The translations under genes were made by a program, and so were the position numbers. Below, one piece after another: positions 40,662 through 50,829 of a stretch of DNA of 64,000 bases. The DNA is from Deltaproteobacteria bacterium (lineage in GTDB: Bacteria > Myxococcota_A > Polyangia > Polyangiales > Houyiibacteriaceae), in NCBI GenBank assembly GCA_034670305.1, contig JAXMNT010000004.1:1-64000 (forward strand). The letters run 5' to 3'. Each line of letters starts with the position of its first letter. The stretch's first letter is position 1. The notes beneath the pieces are model-generated. The model worked only from the letters and a program-made list of their open reading frames with translations. It was not told the DNA's origin and did no database searches.

Positions 40662-42160
40662 CAGTGACTCTGGTGGTGCGCAAGGGTTCGGGCCAACCGC
40701 GGGTCCCCGATGGGGATGAGCGGATGGGTGCGAAGCGTGCGGAAGAAGTAGAGGAAGAAGAGGCCCAAGCAGAACATCAGGGCGCCGATGTCCAGGTGGT
40801 TCAGGCCGAACGTTCCCGATTGGGGCACGACGTACCAGTACACATCGGCGATGTGCATGATGAAGATCCACAACGCGCCGAGGCGCATGAGCGGCAGGTT
40901 CCGTTTCACGAGTCGAGACATCAGGAAGTAGAACGGGAAGACGAAGTGTCCGAAGCCGACGAAGAGGCTCCAGAAGACCCAGCCGCCCGTCCATCGTTTG
41001 TGGAACCAAACGGCCTCTTCGGGAATGCCTGCGTACCAAATGAGCATCCACTGCGAGAAGCTGGTGTAGGCCCAGAAGCACATGAAGCCGAAGAGCAGCT
41101 TGCCGATGTCGTGGAAGTGTTCGGTGTTCAGCGCCTCGCCCATGTGGCCGCGCTGGTAGAGCGAGATGCCCACCACACTCGAGAGCGCGAGCATGCTGCA
41201 CGCCGCGCCCGCGAACACGACGACCCCGTAGATGGTCGAGTACCAAGTGGGCTCGAGCGACATCATCCAGTCGAAGGCGGCGAACGTGAGGCTCAGGCCG
41301 AAAAGGATGGCGGCGATCGCGCTGCCGCTCTTCATCTTGAGCGAGAGGCGGATGCGCTCCTCGTCCTTCGCGACGTCCATCTTGAGGCTGTTGCGCCAGT
41401 AGAAGAGGCCGAGCAGGATCCAGATCAAGATGTAGGCGATGCCGCGTCCGAGCCAGAAGTTCTTGCTCAGGAACGGGGTCTTGAGGCTCAGCACGTGGTG
41501 GTGGAGCGCGACCTCTTGCGGGGTGCGTGACACTTCCAGGTGGGTGCCCGCGCCGCGCTGACGCGGCTCGTGGGTGCGACCGTCTTGGGCGTGGGCCACG
41601 CCACCGAAGAGCGAACCGGTCGGGCCCTCTGCGCCCTCTTCGTCCCCGTGCTCGTCCCCGTGCTCGTGCTCGTCGCCGTGCTCGTCGCCGTGCTCGTCCC
41701 CGTGGTCGCCGTGTTCGTCCCCGTGCGCGGCGTGCTCCGCGTGCTCGGCCGCGTCGATCCACTCGTCGTACATCGTGAAGTGTCCGCTGAAGACACCGAT
41801 GACGAGCGGGATGAAGAGGATGGCGATGAGCGGCGCGGCGCTCGCGGCGATCTCAGAGAAGCGGCGGGCGGTGATGCCCCAGTGGCCGGCCGTGAAGTGC
41901 ATCACGATGCAGAGGAAGAGTCCTCCGAGCACCAGCGTGACGACGACCATGAACGCGAAGAGGTAGCTGTACCCGAACCGGGCCGGGTCATCGAGCAGCC
42001 CGAAGAGGCTCAGCGCGCCACCGACGAGCGCAAGCAGGCCGCTCGCCTTCCACGTCGTCTCAGACCAGGTCCCGTCGGACTCGGGGATCCGATACGTCGG
42101 GCGCTTCGGCTTCTTCTTGGCCGTCGGCTTCTCCGCCATCGTTTCTTTTTCGGCGCTCAC
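40661..42160 (-). CDS. actF: Alternative complex III subunit F
   Basis: FDWMMSLEPTWYSTIYG, HFHDIGKLLFGF..FWAY..FSQWMLIWY..IPEE, PIGDPRL. Confidence 0.9.
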   Translation of the reverse strand: MSAEKETMAEKPTAKKKPKRPTYRIPESDGTWSETTWKASGLLALVGGALSLFGLLDDPARFGYSYLFAFMVVVTLVLGGLFLCIVMHFTAGHWGITARRFSEIAASAAPLIAILFIPLVIGVFSGHFTMYDEWIDAAEHAEHAAHGDEHGDHGDEHGDEHGDEHEHGDEHGDEEGAEGPTGSLFGGVAHAQDGRTHEPRQRGAGTHLEVSRTPQEVALHHHVLSLKTPFLSKNFWLGRGIAYILIWILLGLFYWRNSLKMDVAKDEERIRLSLKMKSGSAIAAILFGLSLTFAAFDWMMSLEPTWYSTIYGVVVFAGAACSMLALSSVVGISLYQRGHMGEALNTEHFHDIGKLLFGFMCFWAYTSFSQWMLIWYAGIPEEAVWFHKRWTGGWVFWSLFVGFGHFVFPFYFLMSRLVKRNLPLMRLGALWIFIMHIADVYWYVVPQSGTFGLNHLDIGALMFCLGLFFLYFFRTLRTHPLIPIGDPRLARTLAHHQSH

Positions 42161-42780
42161 TGGGTCGGCTCCTGGTTCAGCGCCGTCCGGTTGGACGCCT
42201 GGCTGATTTGAAGTGCGCGCACGTAGGTCACGATGGCCCAGCGGTCGTCCTGCGGAATGCTCTGGCTGTACGCGGGCATGTTGCGGATGCCGTGGGTGAT
42301 CGTGGCGTAGAGCTGTCCGTCCGGGATGGAACGAAGTCGTGCGTCGTGGAACGTCGGGGGTTTGATGCTCGCGAAGCCGAGCGCTTCGGCCCGCTGCGCC
42401 ACGAGGCCCTCGCCGTCCCCGCCGAGCGAGTGACAGGGCGCGCAGTAGATGTCGTAGCGTTCGTGACCGCGGGCGACCACGTCGGCCATGCCGCCGTTGC
42501 GCTCAATGATCTCGGCCGGCACCTCGAGGAGCCAGGACGAGTCGTCTTCGGTGCGGCCGCTCGCGAAGGCGCCGTTCGGCTCCATCTCACGAGCGATGGC
42601 CCCTTCGACCGGCGGTCGCATCGTGCGGCCATCGCGGAAGAAGTTGCTGTCTTCCTGCGCGTCGTAGCGGGGCTGGTCGTACATGTTGCGGAGCGGCACG
42701 ACCGGCTCCTCTTCGGAGACCTGACCGCGGCACGCGCCGAGGGCGGCCACTGCACAGAGACAGAGTGTGAACCGGTTCAT
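42157..42780 (-). CDS. actE: Alternative complex III subunit E, monoheme cytochrome c lipoprotein
   Basis: Lipobox LGAC, NMYDQPRY, MRPPVEG, CAPCH, MPAY, RWAIV.YVRALQ. Confidence 0.92.
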   Translation of the reverse strand: MNRFTLCLCAVAALGACRGQVSEEEPVVPLRNMYDQPRYDAQEDSNFFRDGRTMRPPVEGAIAREMEPNGAFASGRTEDDSSWLLEVPAEIIERNGGMADVVARGHERYDIYCAPCHSLGGDGEGLVAQRAEALGFASIKPPTFHDARLRSIPDGQLYATITHGIRNMPAYSQSIPQDDRWAIVTYVRALQISQASNRTALNQEPTQ

Positions 42781-43982
42781 CACTCCACCTCCTCTTCGAC
42801 GAGCTCGATGAAAGTCGGATGCGTCGCTTCGAGCAGCGCTCGGGTGTCGTCCATGTCGAACTTCTCGTCTCCAACCTCGATCGAGATGAAGAACTTGTCG
42901 TCGGTTGCCGACTCGAACCGGTCCGACTCGAAAATCGGATGGTGGTGACGCGGCAGTTTGCAGATGTGCAGGAGCCCGAAGAGCGTGCCGAACCCGCAGA
43001 GCAGGATCGTCAGCTCGAACATGATGGGCACCATCGAGGGGAACGCGCCGAGACCCACCGGCTTGCCGCCGATGTTGATGGGGTAGTCCCAGTTGTTCAT
43101 GTACTGAATCATCAGTACGGCGCTGACGAGACCGGTCATCGCGGCGATGAAGCTGATGTAGCCAATCTTCGTCGGGCGCAGTCCCATCGCGTCGTCCATC
43201 CCGTGGACCGGGTACGGCGTGTGGCAGTCCCACTTCTCGTACCCCGCGTCGCGCACCTGGCACGCGGCCGCGTGCAACGCGTCCGGGGTCTCGTACTCCG
43301 CAAGGTAGAGCGCCGGCCGCTTGTCGAAGCCGTCGTCGGAGTCGGCGGGATGCCCGCCATGCCCGCCGTCGTCGTCCGAGTCGTCGTCCGAGTCGTCGTC
43401 CGAGTCGTCGTCCGAGTCGTCGTCCGAGTCGTCGTCCGAGTCGCCGTCCGAGTCGTCGTCCGAGTCCTCGTCCGAGTCCGAGTCGTCGTCCGAGTCGGAA
43501 TCGGAGTCGGAATCGGAGTCGGAATCGGAGTCGGAATCGGAGTCGGAATCGGCTTCGGAGTCGGCTTCGGCTTCGGAATCGGAATCGGAATCGGCTTCGG
43601 CTTCGGAGTCGGCTTCGGAATCGGCTTCGGTGTTGGCTTCGGTTTCGGCTTCGGTTTCGGCTTCGGCTTTTGCTTCGGTTTTGGCTTCGGTTTCGGCTTC
43701 GGCTTCGGAGGCTTCCGCATCGCCTTCCGACTCCGCCTTCTCCTTCGCCGCCTTGTCCGCTGCGATCTCCGCCGCCGTCACCGCACCGATGCCCGCGAGC
43801 GTCGCCTTGATCTTGGGCTTGGGCCGCTCCGCTTTGGTCTCGTCCGCGTCTTCCGACTCGGAGAGGCCGATGCCCATCAGGGTCGCTTTCGCGGTCCGGA
43901 GTTTGCGGGCCGGGGGTGCCGAGGACTCCGAAGAGGTCTCGTCTGCCTTGGTGTCGTCGTCTTTTTTGTCGTCGTCCGCCAT
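42780..43982 (-). CDS. actD: Alternative complex III subunit D (DUF3341) with long acidic N-terminal extension
   Basis: [45 protein letters not shown]. Confidence 0.88.
   Translation of the reverse strand: MADDDKKDDDTKADETSSESSAPPARKLRTAKATLMGIGLSESEDADETKAERPKPKIKATLAGIGAVTAAEIAADKAAKEKAESEGDAEASEAEAETEAKTEAKAEAETEAETEANTEADSEADSEAEADSDSDSEAEADSEADSDSDSDSDSDSDSDSDSDSDDDSDSDEDSDDDSDGDSDDDSDDDSDDDSDDDSDDDSDDDGGHGGHPADSDDGFDKRPALYLAEYETPDALHAAACQVRDAGYEKWDCHTPYPVHGMDDAMGLRPTKIGYISFIAAMTGLVSAVLMIQYMNNWDYPINIGGKPVGLGAFPSMVPIMFELTILLCGFGTLFGLLHICKLPRHHHPIFESDRFESATDDKFFISIEVGDEKFDMDDTRALLEATHPTFIELVEEEVE
43368..43710 (-). repeat. Low-complexity repeats encoding EA/SD/SDDD tracts in ActD
   Basis: TCGGAA, TCGGCT and TCGTCGTCCGAG units. 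Confidence 0.85.
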
Positions 43983-43986
43983 GGCC

Positions 43987-45468
43987 TCACTCCGCCGGTG
44001 CGGGCTCTGCGCCCGCCGGTTCGTGGCCCTCATGCGAGTGCGCGTGGTCGTGTTCGTGGTCCCCGTGCCCGACGTGCGGATGCGCGTGCGGGAGGGTGAT
44101 CTTGATCTCTGCAATCGCGATCATGGGGATCCACCGAATGAACAAGAGGAAGAGCGTCATGAAGAGCCCGAAGGTCCCCATGTAGAGGCCGATGTCGATC
44201 CAGGTCGGTTCGAAGCTGCCCCAGCTGCCCGGGATGTAGTCGCGGTAGAGCGAGGTCACGATGATGACGAAGCGCTCGAACCACATGCCGATGTTGATGA
44301 GGATGGTCGCCACGAACATCACGGGGATGCTGGTGCGGAAGCGCTTGAACCAGAAGATCTGCGGCACGAGCACGTTGCAGCTGACCATCGCGTAGTACGA
44401 CCACCAGAGCGGTCCCCAGTTGCCTTCTTGGTCCAGGATCCCGAAGCCGAGCCGGTTGTGGAAGAAGACCCACGACTCGTACGGGTTGCCGGAGTACCAG
44501 GCGATGAAGAACTCCATCGCGTAGGCGTATCCAACCATCAGACCCGTCGCGAGCATGAACTTGTTCATCAAGTCCAAGTGCTTCGTGGTGACCAGGCTGT
44601 GCAGACCGAACACCGAGCGGGTGATGAGCATGAGCGTGAGCACCAGCGCAAAGCCCGAGAACACCGCGCCCGCGACGAAGTACGGCGGGAAGATGGTGGT
44701 GTGCCAACCCGGGATGACCGAGGTCGCGAAGTCGAACGAAACGACCGAGTGCACCGAAAGCACGAGCGGCGTGCTGATGGCGGCGAAGATGAGGTACGCG
44801 CGCTCGTAGTGCTGCCAGTGACGGTGCGAGCCGCGCCAGCCGAGCGCGAGCGCGCCGTAGATGCGCTTGCGAAGGAGCGTCTTGCTCCGGTCCCGCAGCG
44901 TCGCGAGGTCCGGGATGAGGCCGACGTACCAGAAGATGACCGAGATCATCAGGTAGGTGTTGACCGCGAACACGTCCCACATCAGCGGCGACTTGAAGTT
45001 CGGCCACATCGCCATCTGGTTGGGGATGGGGAAGAGGTAGTAGTCGAACCACGGACGGCCGGTGTGAAGCGCCGGGAAGATCGCGGCACAGAGCACCGCG
45101 AACACGGTCATCGCTTCCGCGAACCGGTTGATGCTCGTTCGCCAGTTCTGTCGGAAGAGGAACAGAATGGCGCTGATGAGCGTGCCGGCGTGACCGATGC
45201 CGATCCACCAGACGAAGTTGGTGATGTCCCAGGCCCAGTACGCGGGGCTGTTGTTGCCCCAGACGCCCACGCCCATCGTCACGAGGTAGCCGATGCACGC
45301 GGTCATCAGACCGAGCAGACCGAGCGACGGGAGGAAGAGGATCCACCAGCCACGCGGCGCCGGCGTCTCGGTGACTCGAGCGACCGTCTCGGTGACGTGT
45401 TTGAACGTGGTGCCAGGCGGCAGCAAGCTGCGTTCGCCGAGGGCCGCGATCGGTGCAGAAGCACTCAT
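43987..45468 (-). CDS. actC: Alternative complex III subunit C (NrfD family)
   Basis: [53 protein letters not shown]. Confidence 0.95.
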   Translation of the reverse strand: MSASAPIAALGERSLLPPGTTFKHVTETVARVTETPAPRGWWILFLPSLGLLGLMTACIGYLVTMGVGVWGNNSPAYWAWDITNFVWWIGIGHAGTLISAILFLFRQNWRTSINRFAEAMTVFAVLCAAIFPALHTGRPWFDYYLFPIPNQMAMWPNFKSPLMWDVFAVNTYLMISVIFWYVGLIPDLATLRDRSKTLLRKRIYGALALGWRGSHRHWQHYERAYLIFAAISTPLVLSVHSVVSFDFATSVIPGWHTTIFPPYFVAGAVFSGFALVLTLMLITRSVFGLHSLVTTKHLDLMNKFMLATGLMVGYAYAMEFFIAWYSGNPYESWVFFHNRLGFGILDQEGNWGPLWWSYYAMVSCNVLVPQIFWFKRFRTSIPVMFVATILINIGMWFERFVIIVTSLYRDYIPGSWGSFEPTWIDIGLYMGTFGLFMTLFLLFIRWIPMIAIAEIKITLPHAHPHVGHGDHEHDHAHSHEGHEPAGAEPAPAE

Positions 45469-48400
45469 CAGTGGGCCTCCTCGTGGTGCGCGTCGTCACT
45501 GTGGGCGTGGCCCGCGTGCGCCGTCAACAAGGGGTTCGGGTTCCGGATCTTGCCGAGGTAGGTCGTCCGCGGTTGGGCGCCGACTTCCGCGAGCAGCTTG
45601 TACCGCCGGTTGACGGAAGCGGCCCGCGCCACCCGGCTGCCGGCGTCGTTCAAATCACCGAAGACGATGGCGCTCGTCGGACAGGCGCTCTGACATGCCG
45701 TGACCACGTCGCCGTCGGCCATCGCGCGCTGGTCTCGGCGGGCCGAGATCTTGGCTTCTTGGATGCGCTGCACGCAGTACGTGCACTTCTCCATGACGCC
45801 GCGCATGCGGACCGTGACGTTCGGGTTGAACATCATCTGCCGGATCTCGGGGAAGCTGCCGTGCATGCCCCACGGGTCGTCCAGGTGGCTGTGCCAGTCG
45901 AGGTAGTTGAAGCGCCGGACCTTGTACGGACAGTTGTTGGCGCAGTACCGGGTACCGATGCACCGGTTGTAGGCCATGTCGTTGAGGCCTTCGGGGCTGT
46001 GGGCCGTGGCGTTGACCGGGCACACGTTCTCGCAGGGCGCTTCTTCACAGTGCTGGCAACCGACGGGCTGCAACGCAAAGCCGGGTTCGTCCCGCTCGGT
46101 GCCGGTGAAGTACCGGTCGATGCGGATCCAGGTCATGAAGCGGCCGCGGCGCACTTCCTGTTTGCCGACCGACGGGATGTTGTTCTCCGACTGACAAGCC
46201 GCCGTGCAGACGCCGCATCCGGTGCAGGCGCTGAGGTCGATGACCATGCCCCACTTCGCGAGCATGCGGCCGGTCGCCACTTCGCGCGGCTCGTAGTCGA
46301 CTTCCTCCCAGAGCGGTCCGGAAGTGAACTCGACCGTTCGGTACGATGCGAACTCGGGTTCCTCGCGGTACTCCTCGAGCGTCGCGTCGATGGCGATGGG
46401 CCGACCTTCCATGAACCCATGGGTCTGGGTCTGGATGAGCTCGTAGGTCGAGCCGAGTTTGGTCAACGTCACGCCACCCGCGAAACCGAAGCCGTCGGTG
46501 GTGCGCAGCGGGTGCACGTCGAAGCCGCCCGCGTCCCAGTTGGGCTCCGGGCCGATGCCGGGCCAGGTCTGCTTGGTGCCGTAGCGGCCCGCTTCGGTGC
46601 GGCCCCAGCCGAGGTTGAGCGTGATCGAGTGGTCCGCGTGGCCGGGGAGGCCCCACACCGGGATCTCGATGCTCTGGTCGCCGCGCGTGAGCCGCACCAT
46701 GTCGCCGTTGCGAAGGTGAAGCGCATCGCGGGTCTTGCGAGACATGATCGCCGCGTTGTCCCAGACGATCTTCGTCAGCGGGTCCGCGGCTTCCAGGGCC
46801 CAGAGGTTGTTGGCGAAACGGCCATCGTGAAGGTGCGGGTCCGCGATGAACTGAACCTCGAGGTTCGAGTCCGAGAGCGCGTCCGGCAGAGTCGCGGCCA
46901 AGAGCGCTTCGGCGATCTGAGCCGACTCCACGCCAGGCGGCACGACGGCGGACTGGCGCGAGCCAGCGACCAGACCCGCGTGCAGCGACTGACGCCAGCG
47001 CCGTTCGAAGGCAACCGGCGAGGGCGAACGTTCGCGTAAGGTGCGGCGCACCAGGGCATGTCCGCGCCAGTTGCGTTCGCCTGCGATCATCGCGAGCACT
47101 TCGAGTTCGCTGCGCCCGTGAAAGAGCGGTGCGATGAGCGGCTGCTGAAGCGTGACGCTTCCGTCGATCGCACGCTGGTCACCCCAGGTCTCGAGCTCGT
47201 GCGCGAGTGGGATGTGCCAGTTGCTTCGAGTCGAGGTCTCGTCCCGATGCGTCGACGCATGAATCGTGGTCAGCCCTTCCCGGCGCAGCTGAGTCGCGAT
47301 GGGGAAGTCGGCCGGTGCGTCGTACGCAGGGTTGCCACCGAGGATGAGCAGCGTCTCGATCGAATCGATCTCGCCAGCCAGTTCGCGGAGCGCGCCGGGC
47401 CCGGACGTCCGGTTCGGATCCAGCACCGTGTAGAGCTGGACCGGTCCGCCAATGGCGCCGAGGGCGTGGTTGATCGCATGGGCGAGCGCGTGCACTTCGG
47501 GCGGTTGCCGGGGACCGACCACCACCATCGAACGTCCGGCCTGGGTGCGGTTCGACTTGCCGTTCACGCCCGCGAGGTCATCGGCGACCGCGCGAATGAA
47601 GTCGTTCCAGTGCGCGTCGGTCTCGACGCGGAGCGAGTCTCCGAGCGCGCCGAGCCCGTCGGTCACGCTGGTCAGTGCCGCGGCGAGCGCGCGCAGGAAA
47701 CGTCCGCAGTCTTGCGCGGGCACCCGAAGTCGATGATCGGCGGCCGCGCCAGTCGTGGAGACGGTGCCTTCGACGGCGTAGAGGCGGAGCATGTGGTCGC
47801 GGTCGGGCGCGGTCGGGGTTCGGCGGGCGCCGAATCCTTTGCTCGCCCGAACCGAACCGGGTTCGAACCCGAGGAAGTCGGAGTCGAGTGCGAGCACCAC
47901 ATCGGCGCGCGACACGTCGTAGCTCGCGGCCAGATCGAGTCCGAAGGCGAGACGGGTGCTGGCCCGCATCGCGTCGTCCGACACCGAGCCGTACGTGTAG
48001 ATCTTCGCTTCCGGGTACCGCTGCGAGAAGCGGTGCTTCACGCGCATCATGGTCGGGCTGTTCGTCGGCTGCATGAGCACCCGAAGTCCCGCACCTCGGT
48101 CGGCGGTGTGTTTGGCGACGACGGCCCGCAGTGCGGTGTCGAGTTCCGCGAACGTCACGTCCGAAAGGGCGTCGCCCTCGTACCGGGCCGGACCCTGCGA
48201 ACGGTCCGGATCGTACAGGTCCCAGATCATCTGCTGGGCGCGCACATCGGTCGCGCCGAGGCTCGAGGGATGCTGGGGGTTGCCTTCGATCTTGGTCGGA
48301 CGTCCTTCGTGGCTGGTCACGAGCAGGCCGAGTGCGTCTCCGCCGCGCGAGGTCGCGGTGGCGAAGTGCAGCGGCACGCCGGGAATCAGGTACTCCGGAC

Positions 48401-48743
48401 CCTGGACGTACGGGAGGATGTTCTCTTCCGGACGCCGGATGCATCCCTGCAGACCCAATGCACCCGCGGCGAGTGCGCCGGTCTGGAGAAACCCTCGGCG
48501 ACCCACGCTGACCTTGCCCGGACGGGGCTGGGCGGCGATCGGATCGGGCTTGGCCTTCTTCAGCAAGCTGGAGGCTTGGAGAATCGGAAGACCTGCGGTG
48601 AACCCGCCAGGAAGTTCGGCTTCGGCCCGCTTCTTCTGGTCTGCCTGACCCGCATCGCTGGTCATGGCGTCGAAGTCTTCGAGGCTGCGCCAGACGACGG
48701 GCCCTTTGCCTTCAGGAAGCACGTACGGTTTGCGACGACTCAT
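45468..48743 (-). CDS. actB: Alternative complex III subunit B (molybdopterin-oxidoreductase-like + Fe-S)
   Basis: WRSLE, Tat motif [59 protein letters not shown]. Confidence 0.95.
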   Translation of the reverse strand: MSRRKPYVLPEGKGPVVWRSLEDFDAMTSDAGQADQKKRAEAELPGGFTAGLPILQASSLLKKAKPDPIAAQPRPGKVSVGRRGFLQTGALAAGALGLQGCIRRPEENILPYVQGPEYLIPGVPLHFATATSRGGDALGLLVTSHEGRPTKIEGNPQHPSSLGATDVRAQQMIWDLYDPDRSQGPARYEGDALSDVTFAELDTALRAVVAKHTADRGAGLRVLMQPTNSPTMMRVKHRFSQRYPEAKIYTYGSVSDDAMRASTRLAFGLDLAASYDVSRADVVLALDSDFLGFEPGSVRASKGFGARRTPTAPDRDHMLRLYAVEGTVSTTGAAADHRLRVPAQDCGRFLRALAAALTSVTDGLGALGDSLRVETDAHWNDFIRAVADDLAGVNGKSNRTQAGRSMVVVGPRQPPEVHALAHAINHALGAIGGPVQLYTVLDPNRTSGPGALRELAGEIDSIETLLILGGNPAYDAPADFPIATQLRREGLTTIHASTHRDETSTRSNWHIPLAHELETWGDQRAIDGSVTLQQPLIAPLFHGRSELEVLAMIAGERNWRGHALVRRTLRERSPSPVAFERRWRQSLHAGLVAGSRQSAVVPPGVESAQIAEALLAATLPDALSDSNLEVQFIADPHLHDGRFANNLWALEAADPLTKIVWDNAAIMSRKTRDALHLRNGDMVRLTRGDQSIEIPVWGLPGHADHSITLNLGWGRTEAGRYGTKQTWPGIGPEPNWDAGGFDVHPLRTTDGFGFAGGVTLTKLGSTYELIQTQTHGFMEGRPIAIDATLEEYREEPEFASYRTVEFTSGPLWEEVDYEPREVATGRMLAKWGMVIDLSACTGCGVCTAACQSENNIPSVGKQEVRRGRFMTWIRIDRYFTGTERDEPGFALQPVGCQHCEEAPCENVCPVNATAHSPEGLNDMAYNRCIGTRYCANNCPYKVRRFNYLDWHSHLDDPWGMHGSFPEIRQMMFNPNVTVRMRGVMEKCTYCVQRIQEAKISARRDQRAMADGDVVTACQSACPTSAIVFGDLNDAGSRVARAASVNRRYKLLAEVGAQPRTTYLGKIRNPNPLLTAHAGHAHSDDAHHEEAH

Positions 48744-49372
48744 CGGTGACACCCAGAGCAATGCTGAGGCGGGTTCACCCGCGCCAGCGCTTCGTCAGCG
48801 TCCCAACTCGAATCCGGTTCCCACTCCATGTTGGTGATCTCGGTGGTTGGACGCAGATGTGCGGCCGGGTCGCGGTGGCAGTCGAGGCACCACTGCATCG
48901 CGATCGGCTCTTCGACCCGCACCACTTCCATTTGGTCGACCCGGCCATGGCAGCTCACGCAGCCGACGCCCGCCGCCAAGTGCGCGCTGTGGTCGAAGTA
49001 CGCATGGTCGGGCAAGACGTGGGCCTGGACCCAGTGCACCGACTCGCCGGTCTCCCAGCTGTCGCGAACGGGCTGAAGCGCGCCGGACTCGGGATGAATC
49101 ACGGCGTGGCAACCCATGCACGTCTGCGTCGGAGGCACCATCGCTTTGGCCGATCGCTCGACGTTGGCGTGGCAGTACCGGCAATCCATGCCCAGCTCGC
49201 CCGCATGGAGGCGGTGGCTGTACGGCACCGGTTGCTCGGGTGCATACCCGACCTGGAGGTTGGAGGGAGAGAGGTAGTACCAGACCGCCATGGTCAGGAC
49301 GCCTCCCCCAACTGTCGCGGCGCCACCCAGCACCAGCGGCAGTAAATTGAGGGAACGAGGGAAGATCTGCAT
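48740..49372 (-). CDS. actA: Alternative complex III subunit A, pentaheme cytochrome c
   Basis: GYAPEQPVPYSH; CRYCH, CMGCH, CVSCH, CLDCH, CSGCH. Confidence 0.95.
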   Translation of the reverse strand: MQIFPRSLNLLPLVLGGAATVGGGVLTMAVWYYLSPSNLQVGYAPEQPVPYSHRLHAGELGMDCRYCHANVERSAKAMVPPTQTCMGCHAVIHPESGALQPVRDSWETGESVHWVQAHVLPDHAYFDHSAHLAAGVGCVSCHGRVDQMEVVRVEEPIAMQWCLDCHRDPAAHLRPTTEITNMEWEPDSSWDADEALARVNPPQHCSGCHR

Positions 49373-49490
49373 GTGGCCAAACGTTCGTTGGGGCTCGCGG
49401 CGCCCCTTCTATTCCAAGGGCCGCGTGGGGACAAGTCGATCCGGGCAGGAAAGCAGCACAAAATCCGCGTAAGCGGACATCACAGCTCGA

Positions 49491-49955
49491 TCAGTGGGCG
49501 AGAAGCGCGGTCACTTCGGCTGCATGTAGGGGACAATTGCGGGCAATCAGGGTGAAGTCGGCGGTGTCGCCGGCTCCGAGGTCGAGCACGCGAACGAGCT
49601 CTGGAAGTTCGATGTGGGGATCGCCGACCACGAGAGACGGATCGGCGAGTGAGGCACGAACGGCCACCAGGAGCCCTTCGTGCAGTTCAAAGTGCGCGGA
49701 CTGTACTCCATCGGCGGCGTCGATTGGAGTCCACCCCATGTGAAGGAGCCCATCGGGCGAGGTCTGGACCTCCCACGATCCGGGCCGCGCGAAGTTGTCG
49801 CGGACCTGAGAGGCCGACATGCCGAGCCGAACCCCCAGAAATCTCTGGGGATCAGGGGCATCGCACGCTGCGAGAAGCAGCGAGGCCAGCGCCAGGGAGG
49901 GGGAAGCGAAACGCACCACGAACGCGGGGCTAGGGGCTCCCGCAAGTTCAGTCAA
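49491..49955 (-). CDS. Hypothetical lipoprotein
   Basis: LLAAC lipobox, GVRLGMS motif; start uncertain. Confidence 0.55.
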   Translation of the reverse strand: MTELAGAPSPAFVVRFASPSLALASLLLAACDAPDPQRFLGVRLGMSASQVRDNFARPGSWEVQTSPDGLLHMGWTPIDAADGVQSAHFELHEGLLVAVRASLADPSLVVGDPHIELPELVRVLDLGAGDTADFTLIARNCPLHAAEVTALLAH

Positions 49956-50056
49956 GGGGTCGTCCGACGCGCCCGGTCACAGAAACCCGTCTGCGGGTGT
50001 GTGCGGAAGCGGAGATTCTGTTCGCCGAACTGCACGTTCTGCCCTAACTGGGCTCC

Positions 50057-50707
50057 ATGGCCGACGACGCATCTCGGGCGGGGGACCGCTACGCCTCCGC
50101 CGACATCCTGGACTGGTGTGCAGACACCCACGCCCCGCACGACGCCGGGCTGGCCCAAGCGTTCGACGCGCGAGGCGCCGGCCTGCCTCCCATCCAAGTC
50201 GGCCCCTCCGAAGGCAAGTCGCTCGGCCTCCTGGTGAAGATGTCCGGTGCACGCAAGATCGTCGAGGTCGGCACGCTCGCTGGTTACTCCGCTGTCTGGA
50301 TGGCGCGCGCCCTCCCCGCCGATGGCCACCTCTGGTCGTTCGAGTTCGATGCGAAGCACGCGGCGGTCGCACGCAAGAACCTGGACGCGGCCGGAATCGG
50401 CGACCGGGTGACGGTGGTCGAAGGCGCCGCGCTCGACACCTTGGCCTCGATCGAATCCGAGGGTCCCTTCGACTTGGTCTTCGTGGACGCCGACAAGAAG
50501 AACTACCCGCACTACGGCGCGTGGGCAGCCAAACACCTACGCCCCGGCGGCCTGCTGATCGGCGACAACGCGTTCCTCTTCGGACGACTGCTCGAAGACA
50601 GCGATGAAGCCAAAGCCATGCGCGCCTTCCACGAAGACGCCCGCGCCCACTTCGACACCGTCTGCCTTCCGACCCCCGACGGCCTGGTGTTGGCGATCAA
50701 GAAGTAG
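50057..50707 (+). CDS. O-methyltransferase (Methyltransf_3)
   Basis: VEVGTLAGYS, FDLVFVDADK, LRPGGLLIGDN. Confidence 0.93.
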   Translation: MADDASRAGDRYASADILDWCADTHAPHDAGLAQAFDARGAGLPPIQVGPSEGKSLGLLVKMSGARKIVEVGTLAGYSAVWMARALPADGHLWSFEFDAKHAAVARKNLDAAGIGDRVTVVEGAALDTLASIESEGPFDLVFVDADKKNYPHYGAWAAKHLRPGGLLIGDNAFLFGRLLEDSDEAKAMRAFHEDARAHFDTVCLPTPDGLVLAIKK

Positions 50708-50796
50708 TCGGCTTCGGCTTTCGGGCATCGGCTTCGGCTTCGGATTCGGCATCGGCTTCGGCTTCGGCATCGGCATCGGCTTCGGCATCGGCTTCG
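50708..50796 (+). repeat. Intergenic TCGGCN hexamer array
   Basis: Starts immediately after the TAG of the methyltransferase. Confidence 0.9.
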
Positions 50797-50829
50797 CCGG
50801 CCAACACCGAGGGCAAGGGCGAGGGCTCC

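Noticed and set aside
40047-41762. 571-aa ORF as a single gene
   Set aside because: The 5' part overlaps actF in another frame; the plausible protein starts at ATG 40661
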